Source: Lepidodermella squamata (lineage: Eukaryota > Animalia > Gastrotricha). From it: a DNA stretch of 64,000 bases. A program made the position numbers and the translations under genes. Position 1 is the stretch's first letter. Each line of letters starts with the position of its first letter. The stretch spans positions 389,011 to 453,010 of the forward strand of contig JBLDXI010000060.1 in assembly GCA_047495785.1 (NCBI GenBank), in the 5' to 3' direction. The notes under the pieces are model-generated. The model did not search any database, was not told the origin of the DNA, and was given only the letters and a program-made list of their open reading frames with translations. Shown here one piece after another: positions 50,494 to 64,000 of the stretch.

Positions 50494-53400
50494 ATTAATA
50501 TTATACGCAAAAAGCACTCATTTTTTAGGCTCCCGTCTCGAATATTCTTCAGGAATCAAAGCAGGGTCTTTGATTTGACTTTTCAGCTCAATTTTCACTG
50601 ATTTACCCTATGGACTATAATGCTGAATTACAACATTCTGGGATTTCCACTTTTTCAGAAGGGGAGCATCATTTCAGGCTCAATAAATCCCCCTTCTGAG
50701 ATCGGTGCTAAGCCTGTGGAGCCGGATAACCACTTTTCGACTTGACATCTGCGATAAAGCCAGCAAATCAAGCGACACGATTGGATTGATTAGATTCAAT
50801 GAGTATACATTGATTCGATTTGCTTGATTTACCATAGAAAATTTACGTTGCGATGATTCACTGACAAATTGAAAACAAATAGCTGGTTCGAAATTCAAAG
50901 ATTTATTTCAAAAGTAAATATAACCTAAAATCATTATCGTTTATCTCAGCAGCTTGAGAGGTCTTTTTTCTGCTCAATTCAATTCAATTTGTTCCTCATT
51001 ACATGATCATTGTGGTTGTGTTAATTAGAGAGTCACGAAATGGTTCGATCGCCTAACGCTACAAACGCGGTGTATTCCAGACGCTTTATCGACTTACGCC
51101 GATGTTTTGGTTGGCTACTTATGAGACGAAAAATCATAAAGCAATGTTTCTATCGATTTAGGAGGTATTTTCTGGCGACTTCGAAACGCAGTACAAAGCT
51201 TGCAGGTCAAATCTCAACGACTTCGATGTTTGTTGTTTGAATTCAATTCGTCCACGTATCTGAAAACTAATTTCTTTTGCAGGAAATTGCAGCGCGAATC
51301 TGTTTCGCTGAGGGAATATGGACATGCATTCCTGTTGGTAGCAGCTGCCGAAATTTCAAGGTTCAAGGCAAAGACTAATTCGTTTCAAGTATAACAGTTA
51401 ACTATGCGTAAATTTTTAATGGTCCACGCATCGTAGGAAATTAAAACAGTATCTACTTCCTGGTCAAAGTGGGAGATGTAGATTGATGTATTCAAATCAG
51501 TTAAAATTATACGAGCATAACTTCGGAAGAAACTCTATTCCATTATCGGAAACAATTAAAAAGTCGATGAAGTCTTTTGCTGTCATATTCAACTGCGAAA
51601 AATATTCTCACAAAATTAGAATTTATTTATTTATTTAGGGTCTAAATAAGTGCACCACCTAAAATGAGGTTCCAGCACTAAATTTGAGAGTGCGTTTACC
51701 TAATTTGCAAACAGCTCACACTAAATTATTTGGGCACCTAAATATGAGTTCCAGCACTAAATATCAGCATTCAGTGCCTATTACTGCTGTTAAGACCAGG
51801 CGAGGCTCTCAGGCATTCTCGACCACGCGCCTTCAGACGATGCATGCTTAGGGTTTTACCGTATTTCCATAGAGAAAAAGTGACCAGAAGAAGCCCTCAA
51901 GCTAAAATTTTGATCTGCATTATTAAATCGAGTGCTTCTCCATTGTTCACCAAATTTTGCATGCATACAGAACGCGAGCCGCTCTTTCGCGTGGTATGAG
52001 ATTTGAGGTATGGGCAACCCAACCGTTGTTACGATACAAAAACCGCTTGTTTACTATAGTTTCATTTATTTTGATGAGATCAAGACTGAGCAGCAATTGC
52101 CCTACTCAAATCTTATACCACATGAAACAGCAGCTTGCGTTCTACGTGCATGCAAAATTTGGTGAACAATGGAGAAGCACTCGATTTAATAATGCAGATC
52201 AAAATTTTAGCTTGAGGGCTTCTTCTGGTCACTTTTTCTCTATGGAAATACGGTAAAACCCTAAGCATGCATCGTCTGAAGGCGCGTGGTCGAGAATGCC
52301 TGAGAGCCTCGCCTGGTCTTAACAGCAGTAATAGGCACTGAATGCTGATATTTAGTGCTGGAACTCATATTTAGGTGCCCAAATAATTTAGTGTGAGCTG
52401 TTTGCAAATTAGGTAAACGCACTCTCAAATTTAGTGCTGGAACCTCATTTTAGGTGGTGCACTTATTTAGACCCTAAATAAATAAATAAATTCTAATTTT
52501 GTGAGAATATTTTTCGCAGTTGAATATGACAGCAAAAGACTTCATCGACTTTTTAATTGTTTCCGATAATGGAATAGAGTTTCTTCCGAAGTTATGCTCG
52601 TATAATTTTAACTGATTTGAATACATCAATCTACATCTCCCACTTTGACCAGGAAGTAGATACTTTTTAATTTCCTACGATGCGTGGACCATTAAAAATT
52701 TACGCATAGTTAACTGTTATACTTGAAACGAATTAGTCTTTGCCTTGAACCTTGAAATTTCGGCAGCTGCTACCAACAGGAATGCATGTCCATATTCCCT
52801 CAGCGAAACAGATTCGCGCTGCAATTTCCTGCAAAAGAAATTAGTTTTCAGATACGTGGACGAATTGAATTCAAACAACAAACATCGAAGTCGTTGAGAT
52901 TTGACCTGCAAGCTTTGTACTGCGTTTCGAAGTCGCCAGAAAATACCTCCTAAATCGATAGAAACATTGCTTTATGATTTTTCGTCTCATAAGTAGCCAA
53001 CCAAAACATCGGCGTAAGTCGATAAAGCGTCTGGAATACACCGCGTTTGTAGCGTTAGGCGATCGAACCATTTCGTGACTCTCTAATTAACACAACCACA
53101 ATGATCATGTAATGAGGAACAAATTGAATTGAATTGAGCAGAAAAAAAGACCTCTCAAGCTGCTGAGATAAACGATAATGATTTTAGGTTATATTTACTT
53201 TTGAAATAAATCTTTGAATTTCGAACCAGCTATTTGTTTTCAATTTGTCAGTGAATCATCGCAACGTAAATTTTCTATGGTAAATCAAGCAAATCGAATC
53301 AATGTATACTCATTGAATCTAATCAATCCAATCGTGTCGCTTGATTTGCTGGCTTTATCGCAGATGTCAAGTCGAAAAGTGGTTATCCGGCTCCACAGGC

Positions 53401-54486
53401 TTAGCACCGATCTCAGAAGGGGATTTATTGAGCCTGAAATGAATGCTCCCCTTCTGAAAAAGTGGAAATCCCAGAATGTTGTAATTCAGCATTATAGTCC
53501 ATAGGGTAAATCAGTGAAAATTGAGCTGAAAAGTCAAATCAAAGACCCTGCTTTGATTCCTGAAGAATATTCGAGACGGGAGCCTAAAAAATGAGTGCTT
53601 TTTGCGTATAATATTAATGGATGTGGCTATGTGAACACAGTAAAAGTGTGTGACAAAATGGCTATGCGCACACAAATCGCGTGACACACACCTAGATTTT
53701 AAGGCGCACTGTGTTCAAGTAGCCAATCACACTTACACAATGTGTACGCTTAGCCATGGCGCGATACACAATCCTGTGTTCACATAGCCACGTCCAATTT
53801 TAATTATCTATTGTTGGGTTTTTGCTTCGAAGCTACTTTCTCTCGGAAAATTGTGAACGCACTAATTTTTCGAAATAAACTCAAAACGCCGAATCGAGAC
53901 ACTTTTTTCGGTCAAAATCGAGGGCTAGGGAGAAGGTAATGGTAAACTCACGCTTTTCTTTTCGCAGCCAGAGATTGAGGACCAAGTCGGACCAAGCTAT
54001 TGATGAGTGATAATTGTAGATTAAAAATATGATCAAATATACACATCCTTTACTTGCCTGAACTTCTTCCAGAAATGAGCATTCTTCTTTACAGCCTTTG
54101 TAGGAATCATCGAGACGCGAGAAGCAGTGCCTGTATTGAGTAGCGCTCGAATTCAATGCCCCTTTGAACATGTGAGAGAAATAAATCTAACGCACTAATG
54201 TCATTAATTAGATTCAATTAATACTAAATTAGAATTGAACGTGCGGCCTGTGATCGAAATTTCGGTAATTAATCAAAAACGATTAGCAGCGAGCTTATTT
54301 GATTCTGATTGAATACATCAAAGTCTTTGATTTGATGTTATTTGACTTTCCAGTAAATCTCAGTTGATTCAAAGTCAATCATTTTGAATCGAATCTCCAA
54401 AATATAACAATTTATGATAGCCGACGGGGAGGCGAGAAATACTACTTTAACTATTTTAACTGAGATAGTTTAGAAAGTTAACTTAC

Positions 54487-56026
54487 TGGCATTGCAACCA
54501 TTGAAGCCGCAACAATAGCTGGTGTCAAACCTCACAACTTGAGTTCTACAATCTTCCGCTGTCGCGCAACCTTGGGTGGTAACATCTGTGGAAAAAGCCC
54601 AGTTGAAGAATTAATTGTAAAGATTACTTGGGCAATTAAGTTTTGAGACTGTCCGAAAGAAAAGCAACAATATCAATGCTGATTTCAATTGAGTTATATC
54701 GGAAATATATGACCATTATCGAGTGAAAAGTGGGCGTTGGCGAATTTCTCGAATTTTCCGGCACAACGAATAGATCCGTCGCGTAGATTGTTTTATCTAT
54801 GGCCCGTCGTTAAAACAAACTGGGGGAGTAACGGTCAGAGATCCAGAAAGATGACTAAGACGGCCTAAGATGACTCCCAAGAGTTATACAGTCGATTTTT
54901 GAACCCTTGTTTTAACGACGGATCTATAGTGATTCGACTACGCTCTACGCTGAGTATGTATACAGCTCAATTTACTGAACGGACTCATTCACCCTAGTTT
55001 TTGAGATATCGTATATCCCGTCGTTGACCAACTTTTGAAATTGCGCGGTAACCAATTTAAACAATTTTTTGAAACAATAAAATTAAATGTTAATTAATGT
55101 TATTAATTGTTTTGAATTTTCTCCAATTTAAATTCAATTTTCGTTGAAAAATATCTGAAAAAGAGCTGAATTTGAATATTTCGTCGTCAACTTTAGGGGG
55201 CCTGGAATTTAGCGTAATTGCGAACACTGCTATATCTATATCGATGCTGATAATAAGTACCCACGGAACCTTCTCGGAGTTTTTTCCCCGTTGCCAACGA
55301 GTTGCTTGTCAATTTAAATGGATCCAATCCAATTTGTGGCTATTCAAGTTGAATCACGTTTCATTGAGATTTCTAGGACAGCGATCCTTCCCAGCCTCTT
55401 TGGTAGCTGACGTTCGAATAAAACCTCTGAAGGCTACCTTTGAAGCCTGAATAGAGGTTCAAACTAACTTGATAGCAATCTGTATTCGATCGTATGAAAA
55501 TTCGAAGTATAAATAATTGGCTAATTTTCATAGAAAACTATGTCGTCGATTGAGCATGATGAAAAATTTGGACAGAAGCTCCCGCCGCCCCTCCCCGGGA
55601 TGTGGCAATTACCTACGTCAAAACCAGACATATACAGTGTGCTCTTATATAAATTTAAATCGTTAATTAATTACATAATAATTTTGATTCACAATTAATT
55701 ATTAACATTAATTTTTCTAGTCAAAATTGTCTAAGCTGCGACATAACGAAAATCAATGCTATTTATCAGGTTTGGAATTTTAACAGTTGAAAATCGGCTT
55801 TTCTTGCGGACGATCTCAATTTAGATTCATTTTGCGAAAGAATACCTAACACAGCCGTCCATCCTCGCATGCAGAGCGTAGCCGAAGGAGGGCAATTTAC
55901 CAGTGCAGGTCTCGATGAGCATGTTTCTGTTATGTCGTCGCATACATAGCACCGAATAGCAAGCGATGTTGCTATCACTGCGCAGAGAACGTACAAGATT
56001 CGAAGCGTTGAAACGGGATTTGGCAT
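54487..56026 (-). CDS. Ly6/uPAR domain protein, inverted copy (exons 56026-55846, 54585-54487)
   Basis: Reverse complement of 48089-49628. Confidence 0.8.
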
Positions 56027-59000
56027 AATTTGTATCACAATTCCGAGTGAAGAAGAACCTAAAAATTCAGAAACAAAGGCGTTCCCAGTGGATTAGCAGG
56101 ATCTAAACATATTGTTTTTGACGGGAATACAAATTGTTGAAACAAGTGACTTGCCAGATTTTCCAGCTTCTCATCGTGATATGGCTTAACCCTTAGCCGC
56201 CGGCGCAATGACGTGTTAACTCGAGCACCTTTCAGAAAATCCCAGAAAATCAAGAAGAGGCTAAAATCAAATTCTGAGTCGGCAGAAAGTCTTACATTTA
56301 GCCTTAGATTGAAAGCCGAACCTCTTTTTCAGCAGAAATTTACCTGGGTTGCCGTTGCTATGACGTGTTAACGCGTTTTCATGACGTGTTAACAAGTCAT
56401 TAAAAAATTTCTCACTATTTTCGACCTGCTCAGAATGACTTTGAAAATTTGGATTTTCGAGGAGTGCTTGTTTATTGCTATTGATTTATCATAATTTATG
56501 ACGCAACAATGGGTTCGATAGCCCAAATCCCCCGAACACGGTGAATTTTCTCCGGAATTAACGCGTGTACACGTCTTCGGCGGCTAAGGGTTAAAAAGAG
56601 AAAAGAGACAAGTAAATTTACTTGTTCTTCAGTAATTTTCAAACAAGTTTTAAACTAAGCCCGAAATTGTTGGCTGGTTCTGGAGTGTGTTCTGAATATT
56701 TTAAAACAATGAGCTTCGATTCTCCCTCTTGAGAAATCCAGTCTCAATGAGGAAGTCATTCTATTAGTAATCTCCTCGAAAACTGAGAAAATTGCTGGAA
56801 ATAAGGAGAAAATCAATTGAGCTTGATCAAGTTGAACATGGTAAAAGAGGGTTTCGCTGCGCTTAAATTCAGCTGGGATTAGGACATGTGGAAATAATGG
56901 GAAGTCTATAAAAGAGCAGTTGATTTAAAGCTTTGATAATTTTTCAGAAATCTAGCCACTGTGAATTTCGATCTGGGGATGCAAAATAATCGAAAATTGG
57001 GTAGTAGAAAGACGAATGCGATGATAAATGAATTTTGAATTGAACAAAAAAATTTACACCGACTGAATTTTAGTGGCACACTTCTGTTTTTCTCATTCAC
57101 TCAATGCGGGCTGCTTCAAAAAATTGATCCACGCGCGGCAAAAATCACGCATCTGATTCTGCCACAAGACAAAAAATGAGTTCGAGCGTCCTACTTTTTC
57201 TTATTATTTCTTCAATTTTCATTACTTATAAAATCAAATTGGGCTCTAAGTTCTTCATTGCGAAGAATAAGAACGTTGAACAGAGATGCATTCATATCTT
57301 TCCAATCTATTTTCAGAAAAATATCGACTTAATTTCGACTAGAGGAATTTTTGTCCATGGGATTGATTGAATTAAATTGAATTGAATCGATTGATTGATA
57401 GGCCCGCTATTTACTGACGAAGTCGAAAAAACACTGCCAGGATATGTGATTTCGAGCGATTGAGCTGTTGCCACTTGGAAAAAAAAGTCTCGTGAAGTCA
57501 TCGCCCACTGTCACATGTATGTATTCACTATCGTCCGAACGTCGTTACCTTTATTTTATCATAGGAGAAGTTTTTGTTGTTACAAACATTGAGACCATTC
57601 ATATGGATTTTGAAACATGGACGCAAAAGAAATGAGGAAAAAAGCATAACATCGTAACAATTTGAAACTAATAAAGGCTCTATTTACTATTACTCTCTAT
57701 GGAACTAATAGGAAAAGTCTCTATCCTCTAGCCATAGACCTCAAAGCCAAACGTCGAACGTTGAAATGTTGAAAACTACACATTGCCGCTTCATTTTCGA
57801 ATCGTATTTCAGTATCATAGTCATGCTGAGCCGGAACCTTCTTAGCCACGCCATACACGCCAAAATGGCAATGTTCCCAAATATAGCCAGCTTGAATTTG
57901 AAGCCCAGTCGAAGTTTGAATGATGAGCTCGGGACACCGATCGCTACTCGCTGACAATTCAAATTCGATCGATGGATTATTGATATTTAGATATATCGAT
58001 TTGAACCACGATTTCATGAGCTTCGTGCCACACTCCGGCTGAAATTTGAATCACACACCCATAGACAATAATACAAGATCGGAAACTTACAGTTCTCACA
58101 TAGTGTAAAATTGCATCAGCTGCAAGGGATTAGCGAGCTCATCATTCAAACTTCGACTGGGCTTCAAATTCAAGCTGGCTATATTTGGGAACATTGCCAT
58201 TTTGGCGTGTATGGCGTGGCTAAGAAGGTTCCGGCTCAGCATGCTATGATACTGAAATACGATTCGAAAATGAAGCGGCAATGTGTAGTTTTCAACATTT
58301 CAACGTTCGACGTTTGGCTTTGAGGTCTATGGCTAGAGGATAGAGACTTTTCCTATTAGTTCCATAGAGAGTAATAGTAAATAGAGCCTTTATTAGTTTC
58401 AAATTGTTACGATGTTATGCTTTTTTCCTCATTTCTTTTGCGTCCATGTTTCAAAATCCATATGAATGGTCTCAATGTTTGTAACAACAAAAACTTCTCC
58501 TATGATAAAATAAAGGTAACGACGTTCGGACGATAGTGAATACATACATGTGACAGTGGGCGATGACTTCACGAGACTTTTTTTTCCAAGTGGCAACAGC
58601 TCAATCGCTCGAAATCACATATCCTGGCAGTGTTTTTTCGACTTCGTCAGTAAATAGCGGGCCTATCAATCAATCGATTCAATTCAATTTAATTCAATCA
58701 ATCCCATGGACAAAAATTCCTCTAGTCGAAATTAAGTCGATATTTTTCTGAAAATAGATTGGAAAGATATGAATGCATCTCTGTTCAACGTTCTTATTCT
58801 TCGCAATGAAGAACTTAGAGCCCAATTTGATTTTATAAGTAATGAAAATTGAAGAAATAATAAGAAAAAGTAGGACGCTCGAACTCATTTTTTGTCTTGT
58901 GGCAGAATCAGATGCGTGATTTTTGCCGCGCGTGGATCAATTTTTTGAAGCAGCCCGCATTGAGTGAATGAGAAAAACAGAAGTGTGCCACTAAAATTCA

Positions 59001-60039
59001 GTCGGTGTAAATTTTTTTGTTCAATTCAAAATTCATTTATCATCGCATTCGTCTTTCTACTACCCAATTTTCGATTATTTTGCATCCCCAGATCGAAATT
59101 CACAGTGGCTAGATTTCTGAAAAATTATCAAAGCTTTAAATCAACTGCTCTTTTATAGACTTCCCATTATTTCCACATGTCCTAATCCCAGCTGAATTTA
59201 AGCGCAGCGAAACCCTCTTTTACCATGTTCAACTTGATCAAGCTCAATTGATTTTCTCCTTATTTCCAGCAATTTTCTCAGTTTTCGAGGAGATTACTAA
59301 TAGAATGACTTCCTCATTGAGACTGGATTTCTCAAGAGGGAGAATCGAAGCTCATTGTTTTAAAATATTCAGAACACACTCCAGAACCAGCCAACAATTT
59401 CGGGCTTAGTTTAAAACTTGTTTGAAAATTACTGAAGAACAAGTAAATTTACTTGTCTCTTTTCTCTTTTTTTAACCCTTAGCCGCCGAAGACGTGTACA
59501 CGCGTTAATTCCGGAGAAAATTCACCGTGTTCGGGGGATTTGGGCTATCGAACCCATTGTTGCGTCATAAATTATGATAAATCAATAGCAATAAACAAGC
59601 ACTCCTCGAAAATCCAAATTTTCAAAGTCATTCTGAGCAGGTCGAAAATAGTGAGAAATTTTTTAATGACTTGTTAACACGTCATGAAAACGCGTTAACA
59701 CGTCATAGCAACGGCAACCCAGGTAAATTTCTGCTGAAAAAGAGGTTCGGCTTTCAATCTAAGGCTAAATGTAAGACTTTCTGCCGACTCAGAATTTGAT
59801 TTTAGCCTCTTCTTGATTTTCTGGGATTTTCTGAAAGGTGCTCGAGTTAACACGTCATTGCGCCGGCGGCTAAGGGTTAAGCCATATCACGATGAGAAGC
59901 TGGAAAATCTGGCAAGTCACTTGTTTCAACAATTTGTATTCCCGTCAAAAACAATATGTTTAGATCCTGCTAATCCACTGGGAACGCCTTTGTTTCTGAA
60001 TTTTTAGGTTCTTCTTCACTCGGAATTGTGATACAAATT

Positions 60040-61578
60040 ATGCCAAATCCCGTTTCAACGCTTCGAATCTTGTACGTTCTCTGCGCAGTGATAGCAACAT
60101 CGCTTGCTATTCGGTGCTATGTATGCGACGACATAACAGAAACATGCTCATCGAGACCTGCACTGGTAAATTGCCCTCCTTCGGCTACGCTCTGCATGCG
60201 AGGATGGACGGCTGTGTTAGGTATTCTTTCGCAAAATGAATCTAAATTGAGATCGTCCGCAAGAAAAGCCGATTTTCAACTGTTAAAATTCCAAACCTGA
60301 TAAATAGCATTGATTTTCGTTATGTCGCAGCTTAGACAATTTTGACTAGAAAAATTAATGTTAATAATTAATTGTGAATCAAAATTATTATGTAATTAAT
60401 TAACGATTTAAATTTATATAAGAGCACACTGTATATGTCTGGTTTTGACGTAGGTAATTGCCACATCCCGGGGAGGGGCGGCGGGAGCTTCTGTCCAAAT
60501 TTTTCATCATGCTCAATCGACGACATAGTTTTCTATGAAAATTAGCCAATTATTTATACTTCGAATTTTCATACGATCGAATACAGATTGCTATCAAGTT
60601 AGTTTGAACCTCTATTCAGGCTTCAAAGGTAGCCTTCAGAGGTTTTATTCGAACGTCAGCTACCAAAGAGGCTGGGAAGGATCGCTGTCCTAGAAATCTC
60701 AATGAAACGTGATTCAACTTGAATAGCCACAAATTGGATTGGATCCATTTAAATTGACAAGCAACTCGTTGGCAACGGGGAAAAAACTCCGAGAAGGTTC
60801 CGTGGGTACTTATTATCAGCATCGATATAGATATAGCAGTGTTCGCAATTACGCTAAATTCCAGGCCCCCTAAAGTTGACGACGAAATATTCAAATTCAG
60901 CTCTTTTTCAGATATTTTTCAACGAAAATTGAATTAAATTGGAGAAAATTCAAAACAATTAATAACATTAATTAACATTTAATTTTATTGTTTCAAAAAA
61001 ATGTTTAAATTGGTTACCGCGCAATTTCAAAAGTTGGTCAACGACGGGATATACGATATCTCAAAAACTAGGGTGAATGAGTCCGTTCAGTAAATTGAGC
61101 TGTATACATACTCAGCGTAGAGCGTAGTCGAATCACTATAGATCCGTCGTTAAAACAAGGGTTCAAAAATCGACTGTATAACTCTTGGGAGTCATCTTAG
61201 GCCGTCTTAGTCATCTTTCTGGATCTCTGACCGTTACTCCCCCAGTTTGTTTTAACGACGGGCCATAGATAAAACAATCTACGCGACGGATCTATTCGTT
61301 GTGCCGGAAAATTCGAGAAATTCGCCAACGCCCACTTTTCACTCGATAATGGTCATATATTTCCGATATAACTCAATTGAAATCAGCATTGATATTGTTG
61401 CTTTTCTTTCGGACAGTCTCAAAACTTAATTGCCCAAGTAATCTTTACAATTAATTCTTCAACTGGGCTTTTTCCACAGATGTTACCACCCAAGGTTGCG
61501 CGACAGCGGAAGATTGTAGAACTCAAGTTGTGAGGTTTGACACCAGCTATTGTTGCGGCTTCAATGGTTGCAATGCCA
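60040..61578 (+). CDS. Ly6/uPAR domain protein, third copy (exons 60040-60220, 61480-61578)
   Basis: Direct copy of 48089-49628. Confidence 0.8.
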
Positions 61579-64000
61579 GTAAGTTAACTTTCTAAACTAT
61601 CTCAGTTAAAATAGTTAAAGTAGTATTTCTCGCCTCCCCGTCGGCTATCATAAATTGTTATATTTTGGAGATTCGATTCAAAATGATTGACTTTGAATCA
61701 ACTGAGATTTACTGGAAAGTCAAATAACATCAAATCAAAGACTTTGATGTATTCAATCAGAATCAAATAAGCTCGCTGCTAATCGTTTTTGATTAATTAC
61801 CGAAATTTCGATCACAGGCCGCACGTTCAATTCTAATTTAGTATTAATTGAATCTAATTAATGACATTAGTGCGTTAGATTTATTTCTCTCACATGTTCA
61901 AAGGGGCATTGAATTCGAGCGCTACTCAATACAGGCACTGCTTCTCGCGTCTCGATGATTCCTACAAAGGCTGTAAAGAAGAATGCTCATTTCTGGAAGA
62001 AGTTCAGGCAAGTAAAGGATGTGTATATTTGATCATATTTTTAATCTACAATTATCACTCATCAATAGCTTGGTCCGACTTGGTCCTCAATCTCTGGCTG
62101 CGAAAAGAAAAGCGTGAGTTTACCATTACCTTCTCCCTAGCCCTCGATTTTGACCGAAAAAAGTGTCTCGATTCGGCGTTTTGAGTTTATTTCGAAAATT
62201 AGTGCGTTCACAATTTTCCGAGAAAGTAGCTTCGAAGCAAAAACCCAACAATAGATAATTAAAATTGGACGTGGCTATGTGAACACAGGATTGTGTATCG
62301 CGCCATGGCTAAGCGTACACATTGTGTAAGTGTGATTGGCTACTTGAACACAGTGCGCCTTAAAATCTAGGTGTGTGTCACGCGATTTGTGTGCGCATAG
62401 CCATTTTGTCACACACTTTTACTGTGTTCACATAGCCACATCCATTAATATTATACGCAAAAAGCACTCATTTTTTAGGCTCCCGTCTCGAATATTCTTC
62501 AGGAATCAAAGCAGGGTCTTTGATTTGACTTTTCAGCTCAATTTTCACTGATTTACCCTATGGACTATAATGCTGAATTACAACATTCTGGGATTTCCAC
62601 TTTTTTCAGAAGGGGAGCATTCATTTCAGGCTCAATAAATCCCCCTTCTGAGATCGGTGCTAAGCCTGTGGAGCCGGATAACCACTTTTCGACTTGACAT
62701 CTGCGATAAAGCCAGCAAATCAAGCGACACGATTGGATTGATTAGATTCAATGAGTATACATTGATTCGATTTGCTTGATTTACCATAGAAAATTTACGT
62801 TGCGATGATTCACTGACAAATTGAAAACAAATAGCTGGTTCGAAATTCAAAGATTTATTTCAAAAGTAAATATAACCTAAAATCATTATCGTTTATCTCA
62901 GCAGCTTGAGAGGTCTTTTTTTCTGCTCAATTCAATTCAATTTGTTCCTCATTACATGATCATTGTGGTTGTGTTAATTAGAGAGTCACGAAATGGTTCG
63001 ATCGCCTAACGCTACAAACGCGGTGTATTCCAGACGCTTTATCGACTTACGCCGATGTTTTGGTTGGCTACTTATGAGACGAAAAATCATAAAGCAATGT
63101 TTCTATCGATTTAGGAGGTATTTTCTGGCGACTTCGAAACGCAGTACAAAGCTTGCAGGTCAAATCTCAACGACTTCGATGTTTGTTGTTTGAATTCAAT
63201 TCGTCCACGTATCTGAAAACTAATTTCTTTTGCAGGAAATTGCAGCGCGAATCTGTTTCGCTGAGGGAATATGGACATGCATTCCTGTTGGTAGCAGCTG
63301 CCGAAATTTCAAGGTTCAAGGCAAAGACTAATTCGTTTCAAGTATAACAGTTAACTATGCGTAAATTTTTAATGGTCCACGCATCGTAGGAAATTAAAAA
63401 GTATCTACTTCCTGGTCAAAGTGGGAGATGTAGATTGATGTATTCAAATCAGTTAAAATTATACGAGCATAACTTCGGAAGAAACTCTATTCCATTATCG
63501 GAAACAATTAAAAAGTCGATGAAGTCTTTTGCTGTCATATTCAACTGCGAAAAATATTCTCACAAAATTAGAATTTATTTATTTATTTAGGGTCTAAATA
63601 AGTGCACCACCTAAAATGAGGTTCCAGCACTAAATTTGAGAGTGCGTTTACCTAATTTGCAAACAGCTCACACTAAATTATTTGGGCACCTAAATATGAG
63701 TTCCAGCACTAAATATCAGCATTCAGTGCCTATTACTGCTGTTAAGACCAGGCGAGGCTCTCAGGCATTCTCGACCACGCGCCTTCAGACGATGCATGCT
63801 TAGGGTTTTACCGTATTTCCATAGAGAAAAAGTGACCAGAAGAAGCCCTCAAGCTAAAATTTTGATCTGCATTATTAAATCGAGTGCTTCTCCATTGTTC
63901 ACCAAATTTGCATGCACGTACAGAACGCGAGCCTGCTGCTTTCCTGTGGTATAAGATTTGAGTAGGGCAATGCTGCCAGTCCTTGTTATCAAAACTAAAA

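Larger units (their letters stand above)
45976..64000. repeat. Inverted triplication of a ~6 kb unit (A 45976-~52020 forward, B ~52090-58138 reverse, C 58134-64000 forward)
   Basis: Mirror-image ORF tracks around ~52057; arm C equals arm A shifted by ~11,951; near-identical sequence. Confidence 0.97.

Noticed and set aside
46097-63347. Recurrent short ORFs in the triplicated arms as a gene cluster
   Set aside because: Identity is due to the duplication only; no motifs apart from the Ly6 exons.

Overview
Transposon-dense, AT-rich eukaryotic genomic DNA, almost certainly from an invertebrate animal (short ~50-60 bp GT-AG introns, Ly6 and Cys-loop-like genes). 1-23 kb: pieces of a divergent Helitron-like system, namely a Rep motif-1-like exon, a spliced OB-fold/Zn-like gene and a spliced Zn-knuckle/OTU protease/Pif1 helicase/GIY-YIG gene, interrupted by MITEs. 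25.5-30.7 kb: a ~5.2 kb Crypton-like tyrosine-recombinase (YR) element. It carries three membrane-protein cargo genes, one with a Kar5/GEX1/Brambleberry-type cysteine-rich domain, and it replaces the integrase core and most of the 3' LTR of a minus-strand Gypsy retrotransposon (30.7-36.7 kb, itself interrupted by a CACTA-like element). Next come a 5'-truncated RTE-like LINE, an apparently intact piggyBac with a second Crypton in its first intron, a hAT relic and a P-like TIR element. 46-64 kb is one ~6 kb unit containing a Ly6/three-finger gene, repeated forward-reverse-forward, probably an amplification or read fold-back artefact. All protein family calls come from reading motifs by eye; no searches were run.
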